From contig OY776510.1 of NCBI GenBank assembly GCA_963675665.1, forward strand, positions 427,815 through 491,814: DNA of 64,000 nucleotides, given 5' to 3'. This DNA comes from Spirochaetia bacterium. GTDB taxonomy: Bacteria > Spirochaetota > Spirochaetia > UBA9216. Positions 1 through 9,503 of the stretch are shown in pieces. How positions within the stretch are numbered: the stretch's first letter is position 1; each line of letters begins with the position of its first letter. The notes under the pieces are model-generated. The model did not search any database. It saw only the letters and a program-made list of their open reading frames with translations, and was not told the origin of the DNA. The translations under genes were made by a program, and so were the position numbers.

Positions 1-25
1 TCGGCTTGCCCAATTTTGTTATCTG
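1..25. other. Short upstream flank of radA. No feature assignable.
   Basis: Too short to interpret. Confidence 0.1.
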
Positions 26-40
26 TTGCAGAATCATTTT

Positions 41-1384
41 ATGGCTAAAGAAAAAATCTTCTTTGAATGCAGCTCATGCGGTCATACCGAACCCAAATGG
101 CTTGGTAAATGTCCCGGCTGCGGCACATGGAACAGCTTTATAGAGATAAAACCGGCCAAAAGCGCTCTAACCGGTTCAAAATCCGCCAAATCAGCTAAAA
201 GTGGTACCGGCCCGGGGCACATCAACCGCCCCGTTAAACTGGGCAGCATAACCTCCGGCAGCGGTTCAAGATTTGCTGCCGGACAGTCGGAAATTGACCG
301 CGTGCTCGGCGGCGGTGTTATGAGGGGCGCATCCGTGCTTGTCGGAGGAGAACCCGGAATAGGGAAATCAACGCTGATGCTGCAGCTTTGCAGCACAATC
401 AAAGCGGAAGGCCCGGTCCTCTACATCTCCGGCGAAGAATCTGCGGCCCAGCTTAAAATGCGCGCCGATAGGCTCGGCATTAAACGCGAAATCGATGTGC
501 TCTGCGAAACCGAACTTACATCAATATTGAAACAGATTGATTATCTTAAACCGGTCCTGATTATTACCGATTCCGTACAAACCCTGTACAATACAGAACT
601 GGGTATGGTTTCAGGTACCGTAAACCAGATTAAATTCTGTTCTTCGGAACTTATCGACCGGGCCAAACTATACAATTGCCCGCTCTTTCTGGTAGCCCAT
701 GTCACAAAGGAAGGAAATATAGCCGGGCCCAAGGTTCTTGAACACATGGTAGACACCGTACTTTACTTCGAACACGGAGCTTCCGACGTAAGACTGCTAC
801 GGGCAAACAAGAACAGGTTCGGTTCAATCGATGAAATAGGCCTCTTCAGAATGACGGAAAAGGGCCTGAGCCAGGTTGACGAACCGGCGTCGCTGTTTCT
901 TGTAAAACGAAAGGGAGAACAACCTGCAGGCACCTGCACTGCGGCCGTTTATGAAGGATCACGCGTATTGATGATGGAGATTCAGGCGCTAACCGTTCCT
1001 GCAAAAGGCGGCTTGTCGCGGGTATTCAGCGAAAAAATCGATCAGCGGCGGGTATCCAGGGTTGCGGCTGTTCTGGAAAAAAACCTGTCTCTCCGCTTCA
1101 GCGATCAGGACATATACGTTAATGTCGCCGGAGGAATCAGGATTGACGAGGTCGGAACCGATCTGCCGCTGGCGCTTGCGCTTTATTCGGCGCGAACAGG
1201 TCTCAAGGTGCCGGCAGGGACAGCCTGCTCCGGAGAGATCAGCCTGGCCGGTGAAATTATGCCTGTGGCCCATCTTGACCGTCGCGCAAAAACATCGGCC
1301 GATATGGGTTTTAAAAATTTCGTCAGCCCTGAAAACACTTCAGTACTGAAAGACAGCATAAAGATAATCTTCAGCCGGCAATAA
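41..1384 (+). CDS. radA: DNA repair protein RadA (Sms)
   Basis: N-terminal C4 zinc ribbon (CSSCGHTEPKWLGKCPGCGTWNS). RecA-like Walker A GEPGIGKST. KNRFG motif. C-terminal Lon-protease-like domain. Start moved to MAKEK (track ORF starts at 26). Confidence 0.9.
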   Translation: MAKEKIFFECSSCGHTEPKWLGKCPGCGTWNSFIEIKPAKSALTGSKSAKSAKSGTGPGHINRPVKLGSITSGSGSRFAAGQSEIDRVLGGGVMRGASVLVGGEPGIGKSTLMLQLCSTIKAEGPVLYISGEESAAQLKMRADRLGIKREIDVLCETELTSILKQIDYLKPVLIITDSVQTLYNTELGMVSGTVNQIKFCSSELIDRAKLYNCPLFLVAHVTKEGNIAGPKVLEHMVDTVLYFEHGASDVRLLRANKNRFGSIDEIGLFRMTEKGLSQVDEPASLFLVKRKGEQPAGTCTAAVYEGSRVLMMEIQALTVPAKGGLSRVFSEKIDQRRVSRVAAVLEKNLSLRFSDQDIYVNVAGGIRIDEVGTDLPLALALYSARTGLKVPAGTACSGEISLAGEIMPVAHLDRRAKTSADMGFKNFVSPENTSVLKDSIKIIFSRQ

Positions 1385-2564
1385 GGGCGGTAAGATACGG
1401 AAGCGCCACAAAGGTTCCGATACTGCTGCCTATGCTTGAAAAAAGAAAAACCAACAGGACTTTCGTCAGCCTGTTCCGGTAAAACCCGCGAAAACTTGTT
1501 ATATCGGTATTAAGGTTTTCCAGGTCTTCCACCCGGGGTTTTCTCACCCAGGACTGAATCAGGCCGGTGACAATTCCGACGCCTATAGTCGGGTTCATTG
1601 ACGTAAACGGTGCCGCTGCAAATGATATTATAACGGTAAGCGGATGGGCCAGCGCAATAATAGCGCCGATTGCGGCAAGGGTTCCATTTGCAAGAATCCA
1701 TACTAGCAGCATTTCAACACCTTCTCGTGCTCCATTACGGATAAAACCCGAGGCAATCAGAGCAACAACTGCTACAGTAATTAACCACGGAAGCTTTCCT
1801 ACCCATTTGCTGCCCTTTGGAACCACGGATACATCTTCAAGGTTGGCGGTTTTCTCTTCTTTATCAAGAGCTTCCAGCCACATTACTATTCCGTTCATAT
1901 GCCCCGCCCCTACTACGGCAACTACCTTATCTTCTTTCTCCAGAAAAATATTTGTTGCAAGGTACTGATCACGTTCGTCTATAAATACTTCCTTAACCGC
2001 CGGAAGGTAATCGGCAAGTTCGTCCATCATTGTCTGCAGGGCTGATTTCTGCTTCAGGCTTTCAAGCTCTTCCTCGGAAAGCTTTTCATTTGTAAAGGCA
2101 GATCCTATCAGGGCCCCAAGCATTTTCATCTTCTGAAAAAAGCCCGATTTTGACCAGGCGCGCCGAAGCGTAGTCTGGATATCGCGGTCGGAATAAGAAT
2201 AAGGAATACCAAGTTCGTCACACACATCGGCAGCAATCATCATCTCCTGCCCCTGGGTGGTACCTACATCCATACCCAGGCGCCTCTGATAGGCCGACAA
2301 CACCAGGCTTGCAATCATCAGAAACGCCTGGCCGTTTTTCAGAACTTGTCCTATATTCAGTTTGCTCCAGTCCTGCCCCTCGCGCATCTGCTTAAAACGG
2401 CCGGCATCGATTTCAATACAGACCCTGCCGGGCTGTTCTGTACGTATAATGCTTTCAACCTGGTCTACACTCTCTTTGGAAATATGTGCCGTTCCAACCA
2501 GAATAATCTCACGGCCGTTCAATTTTATTCGGCGTACCGTATCGTTTTCCGTTTTCTCATTCAT
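1371..2564 (-). CDS. TraB/GumN family protein (pheromone-shutdown-like), with C-terminal membrane segment
   Basis: GTAHISKESV and GAGHM motifs typical of the TraB family. Hydrophobic C-terminus. Start placed at MNEKTEND (ATG at 2562-2564). Confidence 0.7.
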   Translation of the reverse strand: MNEKTENDTVRRIKLNGREIILVGTAHISKESVDQVESIIRTEQPGRVCIEIDAGRFKQMREGQDWSKLNIGQVLKNGQAFLMIASLVLSAYQRRLGMDVGTTQGQEMMIAADVCDELGIPYSYSDRDIQTTLRRAWSKSGFFQKMKMLGALIGSAFTNEKLSEEELESLKQKSALQTMMDELADYLPAVKEVFIDERDQYLATNIFLEKEDKVVAVVGAGHMNGIVMWLEALDKEEKTANLEDVSVVPKGSKWVGKLPWLITVAVVALIASGFIRNGAREGVEMLLVWILANGTLAAIGAIIALAHPLTVIISFAAAPFTSMNPTIGVGIVTGLIQSWVRKPRVEDLENLNTDITSFRGFYRNRLTKVLLVFLFSSIGSSIGTFVALPYLTALIAG

Positions 2565-3963
2565 AATGATTCTCCAACTCGTAATCAGCCATCCTGCTCT
2601 CATAATAACCGAGATTACCGGCATCCCGTACCGTCACCAGGTAGGAATAAGCAGCTGTTTCCATTCCATTTTCGTGATAAAGCTCTGCTATATAAAAAAG
2701 AAGTCTTTTTTGGAGATTTTTATCTTCCTCTTCCTGAATCTTCCTCAGAGCATATGCATCATAGCCGCTTTCCCTGAAAGAACGGATAATATGATAATAT
2801 ATGTTTCCGGACGGGATTTTATCCATCGCCGCGGCGTAATATTCCTGGGTTTCTTTCCATTCAGCCTTCTGTTTCATCATGGCCAGGGCCGCAGTAACAA
2901 GATATCCGTATTCCTGCGGTTCATATTCAAAGGCTGATTCAAATGAAGCTTTGCAGCCTTCCCAGTTGCCAAGCATAAACTGTACTGTTCCGAGCGCCGA
3001 ATAGGCAAAATAATAATCCGGCTTCTGGTCAATTACCAGTTTGTAATCTTCAGCCGCAAGTTCATATTCATCCATTTCATCATAAATCCCGGCCCTGAAC
3101 ACGTAGGGATAGAAAACAGCCGGGTTTATTTCTATCGCCCGGTTAAAATCCTCAAGGGCGCCGCTGCGATCTCCCAGATCGCGGATTCGCAAGCGTCCCC
3201 TGTCCAGATAATGCCAGAAGTAATCGGGTTCAAGCCTGATAGCTTCGCTCATATCGCTTTCTGCTCCCTGAAAGTCGCCGATAGCCGCCCTTGCGCTGCT
3301 GCGGTCCAGGTATGTAAAAGGGTTTTCCGGATCAAGTTCAACAGCCCTGTTCAGATGCCCTTCAGCTTCCTGATATTTTTCTTCTCTAATCAGCGCGCTG
3401 CCTAAACCGGTAAGCGCAATAATGTTGTCCGGGTCAGATTCCAGCGCCCGCTTAAACATTTCAGAGGACTTTTTTAACTCTGATTCGGAAAGATAAATGC
3501 TGCCGAGAACCGACAAGGCCTGAGAATGCCCGGGGTCAACGGCTATTGCCTTTTCAAGCATTTCGAATTCGGCTTCTTCGTCTCCTGCCAGCCCTTCCAC
3601 CAGGGCAAGATTAAAATAAGCGTCCGCATTCATCGGTTCCCGTTCAATCAGCGCACGAAGCTCGTCCCCGGCCTTTTTATAATCACCGGAAGCCATAAGC
3701 AGTCCGGCATAGGCTATTACGGTTTCCGAACTGTCGTTTTTTACTTTCGCAAACTCTTTGACTGCCGAGTCCGTATCGCCCGAGTTTATCATTTTCTCAA
3801 TATTTTCATATGTTTCAGCTTCTTTTTGGGGTCTTTTAACGGTTGAAGCCGGTTTTTCCGGCGATGCAGTTTCTGGGCTTTTCTCCACAGTTGTGCATGA
3901 GGAAATCATACTGAATAGCAGGATTAAAACTGCCGGGACTGCTGCTGCGGTTTTAAGCTTCAT
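2557..3963 (-). CDS. TPR-repeat lipoprotein
   Basis: Signal peptide with lipobox (LLFSMISSC) when started at MKLKTAAAV (3963). Many 34-aa TPR-like repeats. Overlaps the TraB start by 8 nt. Confidence 0.7.
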   Translation of the reverse strand: MKLKTAAAVPAVLILLFSMISSCTTVEKSPETASPEKPASTVKRPQKEAETYENIEKMINSGDTDSAVKEFAKVKNDSSETVIAYAGLLMASGDYKKAGDELRALIEREPMNADAYFNLALVEGLAGDEEAEFEMLEKAIAVDPGHSQALSVLGSIYLSESELKKSSEMFKRALESDPDNIIALTGLGSALIREEKYQEAEGHLNRAVELDPENPFTYLDRSSARAAIGDFQGAESDMSEAIRLEPDYFWHYLDRGRLRIRDLGDRSGALEDFNRAIEINPAVFYPYVFRAGIYDEMDEYELAAEDYKLVIDQKPDYYFAYSALGTVQFMLGNWEGCKASFESAFEYEPQEYGYLVTAALAMMKQKAEWKETQEYYAAAMDKIPSGNIYYHIIRSFRESGYDAYALRKIQEEEDKNLQKRLLFYIAELYHENGMETAAYSYLVTVRDAGNLGYYESRMADYELENHYE

Positions 3964-4006
3964 ACTACCCCCTGAAACTATAAATATATATGAATTCGAA
4001 CTATTG

Positions 4007-5185
4007 TTAAAGCCTTGGCGCTGCCTGAGGCCTGACCGTCCCAACATCTGTTTTAAGCAGATACGCAAGCACCAACGTACCCAGTAAAAGCGGAACCGTA
4101 AAAACATAAAGGGCCTGCCGGTAACCGAAAGCATCAATCACCATGCCGAACAAAGCCGGACTCAGGGCTGACGTTACCGTAATAACGCCCATCAGGATCC
4201 CGAAGATTTCTCCCTTGCCGAAACCCGAGCTCAGCCTTGAGATAAGCAGGTTCTGATTAATGACACATCCTGAGCTGAAAGCGCCGAAAAGAGTTATTAC
4301 AATAATATAAACCCAGATGGGAAGGGTCCCGGACAGAATAAGCATTGTAACACCTGTGAATATTGTTCCGATCATGATAATTGCATAAGAATTATATTTT
4401 TCAGACAGTTTTCCGGCAATTATCGAACCGGTTATTCCCCCGCCGAAGAAAAAAGCAGTTGCATATGATGCAGATCCTTCTTCCATACCGAAGAAATGAA
4501 CAAAAATGGTCGGCAGAAAACTCAGCAGTGCAGAAACAGCAACAATACGAAGTATTACGGTAATCAGAAAAATCACAAGCCTTTTCAGATCGCGCGGTTC
4601 TTTCTGCGGGATTGATTCAGAAGACTGTCCCTGCCGCTTTTTTTGTCCCGGAGCGTTTCCAATTGTATCGGTTAACAGGTATACCGTACCCATTATAACC
4701 GCAGGCACAGCAGTTACCATAAGAACACCCCGGATCCCGATGCGACTGATAAGATAACCGTTTATCAAAAACATCAGCAGAATGGCTGATGTGCCGCAAC
4801 ATTCGTAGTACCCCATAATACTGCTTTTATTATCGGTGTAGGTTTCATCTATAACTGCATACATCACCGGATGAAACGTACTCATCCCTATGGCCGTGAT
4901 CGAAATTAAAAGAATAAACACAGACAGATTGGGGGCAAAACCCGACGCTATTAATCCTGCGGCGGCCAGATAAAAACCGTAGCTTAGAATTTTTTTTCTT
5001 GTTATCCTGTCGGATATTTTTCCCAAAGTAATCGATCCGACAGCTGTAAAAAGAAGATAAACCGTAAGGATGCCTCCGGCTTCCGAATAATTTAGCTGAT
5101 ACCGTGTAAGCAGTGAAGGCAGTACAAGCGGCAGAATAAACCAGAACAGGTCATTGGCACTATGCCCGAGAAGTTTCAATTTCAT
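4007..5185 (-). CDS. MFS transporter
   Basis: About 12 predicted TM helices. Basic loop motif GKISDRITRKK typical of MFS loop 2-3. Confidence 0.75.
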   Translation of the reverse strand: MKLKLLGHSANDLFWFILPLVLPSLLTRYQLNYSEAGGILTVYLLFTAVGSITLGKISDRITRKKILSYGFYLAAAGLIASGFAPNLSVFILLISITAIGMSTFHPVMYAVIDETYTDNKSSIMGYYECCGTSAILLMFLINGYLISRIGIRGVLMVTAVPAVIMGTVYLLTDTIGNAPGQKKRQGQSSESIPQKEPRDLKRLVIFLITVILRIVAVSALLSFLPTIFVHFFGMEEGSASYATAFFFGGGITGSIIAGKLSEKYNSYAIIMIGTIFTGVTMLILSGTLPIWVYIIVITLFGAFSSGCVINQNLLISRLSSGFGKGEIFGILMGVITVTSALSPALFGMVIDAFGYRQALYVFTVPLLLGTLVLAYLLKTDVGTVRPQAAPRL

Positions 5186-5202
5186 TGTTCTGTTATATTC
5201 TT

Positions 5203-6696
5203 TTAAAGAATGAGCATCAAGACTGCAAAGCTGAGAAAAAGCAGGCCGGTAAGAATTTTGATTATCCCCAGGTTGGTTTGAAATATTCCGGTAATCTTTT
5301 TGGATGTAATCCCCAGATATACGACAATGAAGACTACAGCCAGAGGAATAATAAATGCAAGATTATACAATGCAAGGTAAAAATAACCCGAAGCAGCTTT
5401 ATCAGTCTGAATAATATAAGTAATAGTCGGAAAGTAGATCTGCCCTGTACAACCCAGTTCAAATATCGATATCAGAAAGCCCATAACAATTGAACTTCCG
5501 GCAAGAGCCGCTGATTTCGTATAGGACCTTATAGAATCATGCATCCGCCGTTTTACAGAATCCGGAAGCTGTAAAATTATATCTTTTGTCTTTCCAGAGC
5601 GAATTTTCCCGTAATCATAAAAACTCAACCCCGCAAAGACAACAAGAACAGCAAAAAGAACCCACCTTATTATCCGGCTTACCAGCTCAAACGAATCGGC
5701 AATTCTTATAATTTTGAAAAATCCCAGCCCTATCAGATAATAGGTTATAAATACCGTTACCGTAAAAAACAGTCCGATAATCAGTGTCTCGCGCCGGCTT
5801 CTTCCGGCAACACTCAGCGCGCTTAATAAAAATATCAAGGTCGTAAAAGCACAGGGGTTTACTCCGTCCAGCAATCCGGCGGCAAGAACCGCAGCCAGAG
5901 ACATGCTTATTCCATCAGATTTATTTCCCTTGCTTTCATTTTCTCCGGACGCGCCTGTATCCCGGCCGGAGTCGCCGGCCAGCAGCGCGGTATAACCTGC
6001 CATGACGGCTTCTTCACCCTGATAAATATCCTCTGTCGTAACAAAAACCGGGATCTCTTTTAACGATGTTCCGCGGTCGGCAAACAGCTGCTGCAGTTCT
6101 TCATAATACTCAGCTTCTGTTATATCCCGCTTGTCAATATTAATTTCGGCATCACGGAGAAACCGGTTGCAGCTCTTGCAGCCCGGGGTATAGTAATAAC
6201 GGGGAATCTCTGTTGTCCCTTCCCCGGACATAATACCCGCGGAAGATTCCGGTTCAGCCGGCATTGTCGAATCATCCGCTGCATCTGCAGATACCGACGA
6301 AACATCCACACTGCCTGTAACTACAAAAAAGCCCTTGGGCATTGCATCTGAATTGGTCTGAATTATAAGCAGTTTTTCGAAGTCGCCGGAATCGTCATGG
6401 CTGTCAAAAACAATTGTAAATTCCGCCGATTCTCCGGCGGATATATCAAGGCTTTCAGGATAAGTTGTCATACAGCTGCAGGTACTGATTAAATCAACTG
6501 TAACATTTTCCGTAGTGTTGTTGGTAATTTTAACCGGCTGTTCAACAACATCCCCGTACTCAATCGAGCCTGTATTCCAGTCGGTTATGCTGAATTCGAG
6601 ATTGCCGCCGTCATCCTGGGCTGCAGCCGAAAATAAAACCAGAAAGGAAAAAGCAAGAGTTATAAATAATCTGTTCAGTCTGTTAATTTTTTCCAT
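5203..6696 (-). CDS. Periplasmic DUF1573-like domain + CxxC module fused to CcdA/DsbD-type thiol-disulfide transmembrane domain
   Basis: Signal peptide. Beta-sandwich-like N-domain with CSCM. YYYTPGCKSCNRF (CxxC). C-terminal TM core with conserved Cys in TM1 (VNPCAFTTL) and TM4 (ELGCTGQ), as in CcdA/DsbD-beta. Confidence 0.6.
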   Translation of the reverse strand: MEKINRLNRLFITLAFSFLVLFSAAAQDDGGNLEFSITDWNTGSIEYGDVVEQPVKITNNTTENVTVDLISTCSCMTTYPESLDISAGESAEFTIVFDSHDDSGDFEKLLIIQTNSDAMPKGFFVVTGSVDVSSVSADAADDSTMPAEPESSAGIMSGEGTTEIPRYYYTPGCKSCNRFLRDAEINIDKRDITEAEYYEELQQLFADRGTSLKEIPVFVTTEDIYQGEEAVMAGYTALLAGDSGRDTGASGENESKGNKSDGISMSLAAVLAAGLLDGVNPCAFTTLIFLLSALSVAGRSRRETLIIGLFFTVTVFITYYLIGLGFFKIIRIADSFELVSRIIRWVLFAVLVVFAGLSFYDYGKIRSGKTKDIILQLPDSVKRRMHDSIRSYTKSAALAGSSIVMGFLISIFELGCTGQIYFPTITYIIQTDKAASGYFYLALYNLAFIIPLAVVFIVVYLGITSKKITGIFQTNLGIIKILTGLLFLSFAVLMLIL

Positions 6697-7594
6697 TCTT
6701 CAGGTTATTGATTAATTCCTTTTTATAATCTTCAAACGCCTGAAGAATAATCGGATCTTCAGGGTCCTTTTCATATGTAAAGTAGCGCATACTGTTTGAA
6801 ACAGATTTCAGCTTTTTTAATCTGAACGACAGTTCGAGCCTTCCGACCCTGTTGCCTTCCTCACCGGGAGAAGCAATCACCCGCTGTCCGTCGATATTCT
6901 CATAAAGTATCTGATCATGCGCCGACAGGATCGCGTCCCATCCGGTTTGATCAGCAAATATTTCCTTTGAAGCATCAAGATTCCCATGATAAACCAGCAG
7001 CTTGTAATGCGCGCCGCCGTCGACCAGAGCCTTGTATGCCTGCACAGCCGAATCGACCGGTGAAAAAACACTGACCCTTGATTTGACGTCCTCCGGATAA
7101 AAGAAAAACACACCTGGATCTATTACTGCTGCAATTCCGATTTTAATTCCTTTCCTCTCAATGATTAAAGGCTTTTGATTGACCGGTTTACCGTCTATTT
7201 TTACGTTGTCCGCTATAAACGCAATCTCCCCTGATATGGATTTAAAAAAATCGACGCCTGATCCCAGCTCCTGATCGCCGAGAGCCGCCGCATCATAACC
7301 AAGCCCGGAATACAATTCCACAAGCTTGGCGCTTAGAAGCTTGTCTGTGCGGGCATCGTTAAAATCACCGAGATCTATTATCACTGACGATTCCGGATCA
7401 AGTCCGCGTATATATGCTGCAGTAGTGGACAGCCCGGCTTTTGGCACTCCCTTACACTCACAGCCTATAAGGTTTCCATTGAGTGATGCTGTATAGTAAA
7501 TGGAAACATCCGTATCGGCAAATATGCCTGCTGATGATAAAACGGTTAAAGTCAGAACGGCAAGCAGCAGTCTGAAAGCAACCGGTTTAGCCAT
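6683..7594 (-). CDS. Secreted calcineurin-like / 5'-nucleotidase-like phosphoesterase, possibly degenerate
   Basis: Signal peptide. DLGDFND and VYHGNLD resemble metallophosphatase motifs II/III, but a canonical GNH[DE] motif is not evident. Overlaps neighbours at both ends. Confidence 0.4.
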   Translation of the reverse strand: MAKPVAFRLLLAVLTLTVLSSAGIFADTDVSIYYTASLNGNLIGCECKGVPKAGLSTTAAYIRGLDPESSVIIDLGDFNDARTDKLLSAKLVELYSGLGYDAAALGDQELGSGVDFFKSISGEIAFIADNVKIDGKPVNQKPLIIERKGIKIGIAAVIDPGVFFFYPEDVKSRVSVFSPVDSAVQAYKALVDGGAHYKLLVYHGNLDASKEIFADQTGWDAILSAHDQILYENIDGQRVIASPGEEGNRVGRLELSFRLKKLKSVSNSMRYFTYEKDPEDPIILQAFEDYKKELINNLKNGKN

Positions 7595-8096
7595 TAAATG
7601 CTCCTGAAAGAATTTGCCTTATGTTATCGATATCTTCTTCATGGTACCCGACTGTTTTAAAGGCTATTTTACCGTCAGGATTAACCAGAAACATTGTCGG
7701 AAGCGCTTCAACGCCGAATGCTCCGGAGGCTTTCTGATATTTATCTATCAGGATCTGCACCGGTGTGGGTCTGTCTGCAAAAAACGGAACTACCACATCA
7801 AGCCCTTCATTGTCGGTGGCCATAAGAAAAACGTCGAAATCCCTGTCTGCAAATTCGTTGTAAAGCTCTTCGACATGAGGAAGTTCTTCATTACAGTTCT
7901 CACACCAGGTTGCATAAAAATCTATCAGCAGCCACCCGGTTCCATAGGTTTTCTTTGAAAAAACATAGTTTTTCCCGATATCCGTAAGTACAAACGCCGG
8001 AGCATCATCTCCTTCTTCTACAGCAAAGACCTGTACCGAAAAAATCATACTCATCAGCAGTACAATCAGAATTATTGCAGCAATTTTATTTTTCAC
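7587..8096 (-). CDS. TlpA/ResA-like periplasmic thiol-disulfide oxidoreductase (redoxin)
   Basis: Signal/anchor peptide and thioredoxin-fold active site WCENC. Confidence 0.7.
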   Translation of the reverse strand: MKNKIAAIILIVLLMSMIFSVQVFAVEEGDDAPAFVLTDIGKNYVFSKKTYGTGWLLIDFYATWCENCNEELPHVEELYNEFADRDFDVFLMATDNEGLDVVVPFFADRPTPVQILIDKYQKASGAFGVEALPTMFLVNPDGKIAFKTVGYHEEDIDNIRQILSGAFNG

Positions 8097-8151
8097 AGCC
8101 CACCTTCCTGAAAATTGATATTATAAAGGATAACACCTTTGGAGTGCGGAA

Positions 8152-8619
8152 TCAATCCGCTTTGCATATTATCAGTTCCCAAACAATGGAATCTTCTGTT
8201 TCAAGGTGCATATGAAAACCAAACCGTTTATGTAGACGTATTGAAGCCTCATTATTCCTGAAGCTTCGGCTTAAAAGTCTGTATAGCTTCCTTCTGCGGC
8301 AATCCTTAATCAGATCATCCATCATTAACGTTCCCAGGCCCTGTTTCTGTTTTGAAGGCAGAACCGCTATATCATAAATATGCGCTGTTTCAGTAATACG
8401 GGCATCACGCGGCCAAAGGGAATAACGGTAGAAACCTGCTATAACATCTCCGTCAAAAAGGTATTTAACACGGTCTTTATCGGTATTGTGACTATCAATC
8501 ATATCCGCAATCTTTTCAGAATCTGTTTTCTCACCGAATTCCCGCGGCCATTCAGCATTAATTAAATCAATTATTTCCGAGTAGTCCGGCAATCCTTCAA
8601 TTTCTTTAAACATCATCAT
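8152..8619 (-). CDS. GNAT family N-acetyltransferase
   Basis: GNAT motif A (QKQGLGTLMMDDLIKDCRRRK). Size 155 aa. Confidence 0.7.
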   Translation of the reverse strand: MMMFKEIEGLPDYSEIIDLINAEWPREFGEKTDSEKIADMIDSHNTDKDRVKYLFDGDVIAGFYRYSLWPRDARITETAHIYDIAVLPSKQKQGLGTLMMDDLIKDCRRRKLYRLLSRSFRNNEASIRLHKRFGFHMHLETEDSIVWELIICKAD

Positions 8620-8639
8620 TTATAATGCCCCCGATCATT

Positions 8640-9503
8640 TCATATAAGCAGCCTTGTTGAGTCTTCCGGACTGTCAAGCGGTATTCTGATTACAGATAGC
8701 TCATCACCGTCATGCGCTCCGTTAATACATACGGTCCGGCCTATTTTCTGCATCCAGCTTCCGCTCAATCCTGCAGATTCATGCACATGCCCGTGTAAAG
8801 TCAGAAGCGGCTGACGCTCCTCAATAAAACGGTAAATTGCAATACTTCCAAGATGCTCATCGACCGGGACATGATCTACAACTGCGGCCCCTACATCGCC
8901 CAGATCCAGATCCGTACTGTAGGGCGGTGCGTGAAACAGAAACACTGCCTTATCAAGCTGTTCATCAGCAGTCAAATCATCAATATCATCTTTTATTGTA
9001 GTCCACTTCTGTTCATGCTCGCTGGCCGGAAAAGATCGCCGGCCTTCTTCGGGACTGATGCATCCGACATCGATATATCTGGAAACATCATACCGTTCCC
9101 AGTCTTTCAGCATAAAAGGCGTCGGCGGTACATAGTTATAACCGTAAAAGGAATAGCTTTCCGCCAGCACTTTACGCTGATGGATATATGTCCACAGTCC
9201 GTTTGCGCCGCCGGAAACCAGGGCTGATTCAAAATATTTCGGATCATCGTTTCCCATAATAATTAATGTTTCCGGATATTTTTTGCCGAGACGATTTTTT
9301 AAATCAGTAAAGTTTTTCACGAGGAATCCGTTTATAAAATCACTACCTCCGGGAACCGCAGAATCCGTCGCGGGCATAAAAGGCGAAAGGAGATCTCCTC
9401 CGACAAGAAGAATGTCCGGAGGGTTGCCGAGTAAATATTCAAACAGGGAAAGGTACCTTTCTTTTTTTCCGTGAAGATCCGTAACAAAAACAGCATCAGG
9501 CAT
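8640..9503 (-). CDS. Metallophosphoesterase (calcineurin-like)
   Basis: Motifs DLHG, GGDL, GNDD and GHVHE. Start overlaps the stop of the upstream gene by 8 nt. Confidence 0.7.
   Translation of the reverse strand: MPDAVFVTDLHGKKERYLSLFEYLLGNPPDILLVGGDLLSPFMPATDSAVPGGSDFINGFLVKNFTDLKNRLGKKYPETLIIMGNDDPKYFESALVSGGANGLWTYIHQRKVLAESYSFYGYNYVPPTPFMLKDWERYDVSRYIDVGCISPEEGRRSFPASEHEQKWTTIKDDIDDLTADEQLDKAVFLFHAPPYSTDLDLGDVGAAVVDHVPVDEHLGSIAIYRFIEERQPLLTLHGHVHESAGLSGSWMQKIGRTVCINGAHDGDELSVIRIPLDSPEDSTRLLI

Noticed and set aside
1567-2937. Plus-strand ORFs 1567..1968, 2346..2777 and 2362..2937 overlapping the TraB and TPR genes.
   Set aside because: Antisense to longer ORFs with family-specific motifs, with no RBS or start context. 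Likewise for 3526..4087 (+), 18254..18727 (+), 32155..32557 (-), 35069..35467 (-), 36775..37299 (-), 44350..44751 (+) and 60357..60692 (+).
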